DNA from: Candidatus Kapaibacterium sp.
GTDB taxonomy: Bacteria; Bacteroidota; Ignavibacteria; Kapaibacteriales; NICIL-2
NCBI GenBank assembly: GCA_016788605.1
Contig: JAEUSO010000002.1
Coordinates: 1 to 37,893 of the forward strand
DNA: 37,893 bases
Direction: 5' to 3'
The notes under the pieces were generated by a model. The model did no database searches and was not told where the DNA came from. It worked only from the letters and a program-made list of their open reading frames with translations. The translations under genes and the position numbers were made by a program. Below, in pieces: positions 36,786 through 37,893 of this stretch (positions are counted from its first letter, which is position 1; the number at the start of each line of letters is the position of its first letter).

Positions 36786-36864
36786 ACCCATCCCTCCCCC
36801 TGCCGGAAAGTGCAGCATGCTTCCACCAAGCCACTCTTGCGTTATGCTTCCAACAAATACCGTT
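36786..36864 (+). repeat. Left arm of the ~79-nt imperfect inverted repeat bracketing AT-rich cassette 2
   Basis: An ungapped alignment with the reverse complement of 37511-37589 gives 61 of 79 identical positions (hand count). This includes the 15-nt run cctgccggaaag flanked by gcag, gcgtt.tgctt.caac.aataccgtt. Weaker similarity extends out to 36768 and 37609. Confidence 0.8.
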
Positions 36865-36897
36865 TGCATAGTGCTTTGCAATCTGCCACCTGCGTGC

Positions 36898-36940
36898 TAA
36901 GTTGCGGAAAGTAGGATGGGCTTATATGCATATCATTCGG
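36898..36940 (+). repeat. Inner short direct repeat, left copy (TAAGTTGCG..TAGGAT..ATAT..CGG); also a candidate -7 box
   Basis: taagttgcggaaagtaggatgggcttatatgcatatcattcgg versus 37416-37449 taagttgcgtgataggatcatatcactccgtcgg. An identical 9-mer and 6-mer are shared, with indels between them. Confidence 0.45.
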
Positions 36941-36978
36941 ATACTACCTAACACCCAATCCTTTGTGCGCAATTATAC

Positions 36979-37401
36979 ATGGATAACGAGACACTCAAAT
37001 ATTTATCTCCAGACAATAAACACACTGTCGAATTTGTATCGGCAGGAGAAATTCCCTTTGGACCACAGTACTTTAAAATCAAAATCGACAATCAACTTGT
37101 TGCAAACAGAAATTTTGGGATAAGTTTAGTTTGGCATCCAGACTCGACAACTGTAGCTCTGCAAGAGTGGTTGACGACAGACAAAATATTAGGACCAAAT
37201 ACTGCACTGACTATTGTTCATTTAGAAAACAAACAATGTGCTAAAATATCTGTTGCAGATAGGGGTTTTATTCGACCAATATTATTCGAAAATGGTAAGA
37301 TAATTTTTCATAAAGACTATTCAGTATTCAAAGCGAGAATAATCGAATATGAAATTTTATTAGACAGTATTAAAAATTGGGAAGACATTAACTATGCCTA
37401 A
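36979..37401 (+). CDS. Orphan small protein in AT-rich cassette 2 (hypothetical, possibly immunity-like)
   Basis: 140-aa ORF in a clearly AT-rich segment. It has no signal peptide and is beta-rich (YLSPDNKHTVEFVSAGEIPFGPQYFKIKI...LVWHPDSTTVALQEW). No family is recognised with certainty. Confidence 0.65.
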   Translation: MDNETLKYLSPDNKHTVEFVSAGEIPFGPQYFKIKIDNQLVANRNFGISLVWHPDSTTVALQEWLTTDKILGPNTALTIVHLENKQCAKISVADRGFIRPILFENGKIIFHKDYSVFKARIIEYEILLDSIKNWEDINYA

Positions 37402-37415
37402 CAAGTATTTTCACA

Positions 37416-37449
37416 TAAGTTGCGTGATAGGATCATATCACTCCGTCGG
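37416..37449 (+). repeat. Inner short direct repeat, right copy
   Basis: See 36898-36940. It starts 15 nt after the cassette ORF stop. Confidence 0.45.
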
Positions 37450-37510
37450 GGTTTTATCATAACCTTCCGTTTCTAGGCGGTTCATGCTATTGGTGTTTGG
37501 AGATAGAGGT

Positions 37511-37589
37511 AACGGTATTCGTTGAAAGCACAACGCAAAAACGTTTGGATGAAAGCGGACTGCGCTTTCCGGCAGGTGGCGGGTTGGGT
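37511..37589 (-). repeat. Right arm of the inverted repeat bracketing cassette 2
   Basis: See 36786-36864. Confidence 0.8.
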
Positions 37590-37723
37590 ATATGGGGCGG
37601 CGTGGTGCCGTCTTGAAGAGAACATTGAGGTTGATGATTGAAAAAGTGTGTCGGGTAATCGGTACAGCCGAGTAGATTCGCAGCAGGTATGCATACTGAA
37701 TCAATTAATTAAACGAGAATACG

Positions 37724-37893
37724 ATGAACACAAAGAAACCCGCCGACTCGGTGGTGGAAATGACGGAACTTGTTTTGCCGAATGACACGAATTATTTAGG
37801 TAACCTGCTTGGCGGACGGCTGATGCACTGGGTGGATATTGCCGCCGCACTTTCGGCGATGAAGCACAGCGGGCGCGTCTGCGTAACGGCTTC
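37724..37893 (+). CDS. Acyl-CoA thioesterase (YciA/hotdog-fold family), N-terminal part, runs off the window
   Basis: My translation is MNTKKPADSVVEMTELVLPNDTNYLGNLLGGRLMHWVDIAAALSAMKHSGRVCVTAS. The TELVLPNDTN.LGNL.GG.LM..(M/V)D block is characteristic of this family. Confidence 0.8.
   Translation, partial: MNTKKPADSVVEMTELVLPNDTNYLGNLLGGRLMHWVDIAAALSAMKHSGRVCVTA

Noticed and set aside
36608-36871. ORFs 36608..36871(+) and 37438..37704(-) sharing the peptide LPESA..FH....ALCFQ.IP
   Set aside because: The shared peptide is simply the translation of the two inverted-repeat arms. The first ORF overlaps the OMP gene in another frame, and neither has a plausible start context.
36839-36874. Hairpin GCGTTATGC-N18-GCATAGTGC in the left arm of cassette 2, considered as a possible terminator or RNA element
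   Set aside because: It needs two G-U pairs, has no T-run, and is not conserved in the right arm copy.
1-37893. Search for tRNA, rRNA, tmRNA, CRISPR arrays, and transposase/integrase/phage genes
   Set aside because: I found no T-loop/acceptor-type sequences, no regularly spaced short repeats, and no recombinase-like ORFs in any frame. This was a scan by eye, not an exhaustive search.

Overview
This 37.9-kb chromosomal window is most likely from an FCB-group bacterium (Bacteroidota or Ignavibacteriota/Chlorobiota-like). The basis is five proteins ending in clear type-A T9SS C-terminal sorting domains, plus TAnnTT(T)GC-type boxes 30-45 nt upstream of several start codons. I support about 30 protein-coding genes and found no rRNA, tRNA or CRISPR array. 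Most of the window is GC-rich core genome. Left to right it holds: a partial GrpE-like gene; a minus-strand block of secreted proteins (repeat protein, ELWxxDGT protein, thioredoxin-fold protein); PhoX-like phosphatase; a divergent Rieske / di-haem cytochrome c peroxidase pair; BAX-inhibitor/YccA; fcl; an orphan FtsX-type permease; lipoprotein msrA; a cohesin/dockerin-like protein and a BNR-repeat protein (both T9SS cargo); an ECF sigma / anti-sigma-like pair; a CoA-transferase; a secreted hypothetical with a probable 3' frameshift; a tail-anchored transglutaminase-like protein; YiaAB; a TrmB-like methyltransferase and nadA; a GT39-like glycosyltransferase; a 1067-aa propeller/Y_Y_Y/LytS-type sensor kinase; an OMP-GDPD-OMP operon; and a partial acyl-CoA thioesterase. 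The unusual content sits in three short AT-rich patches. Two are single-gene cassettes (26312..26767 and 36979..37401) encoding small orphan proteins. One is bracketed by about 88-nt imperfect direct repeats and the other by about 79-nt imperfect inverted repeats, and the repeats share end motifs. The third patch (about 29145..29640) is a decay scar where a truncated acyltransferase meets a truncated Walker-A ATPase. No recombinase, toxin or complete defence system is visible, so I do not claim a complete novel system. The repeat-bracketed cassettes are the best lead. All homology calls come from motif recognition by eye, and all identity counts are hand counts. No database search was run.
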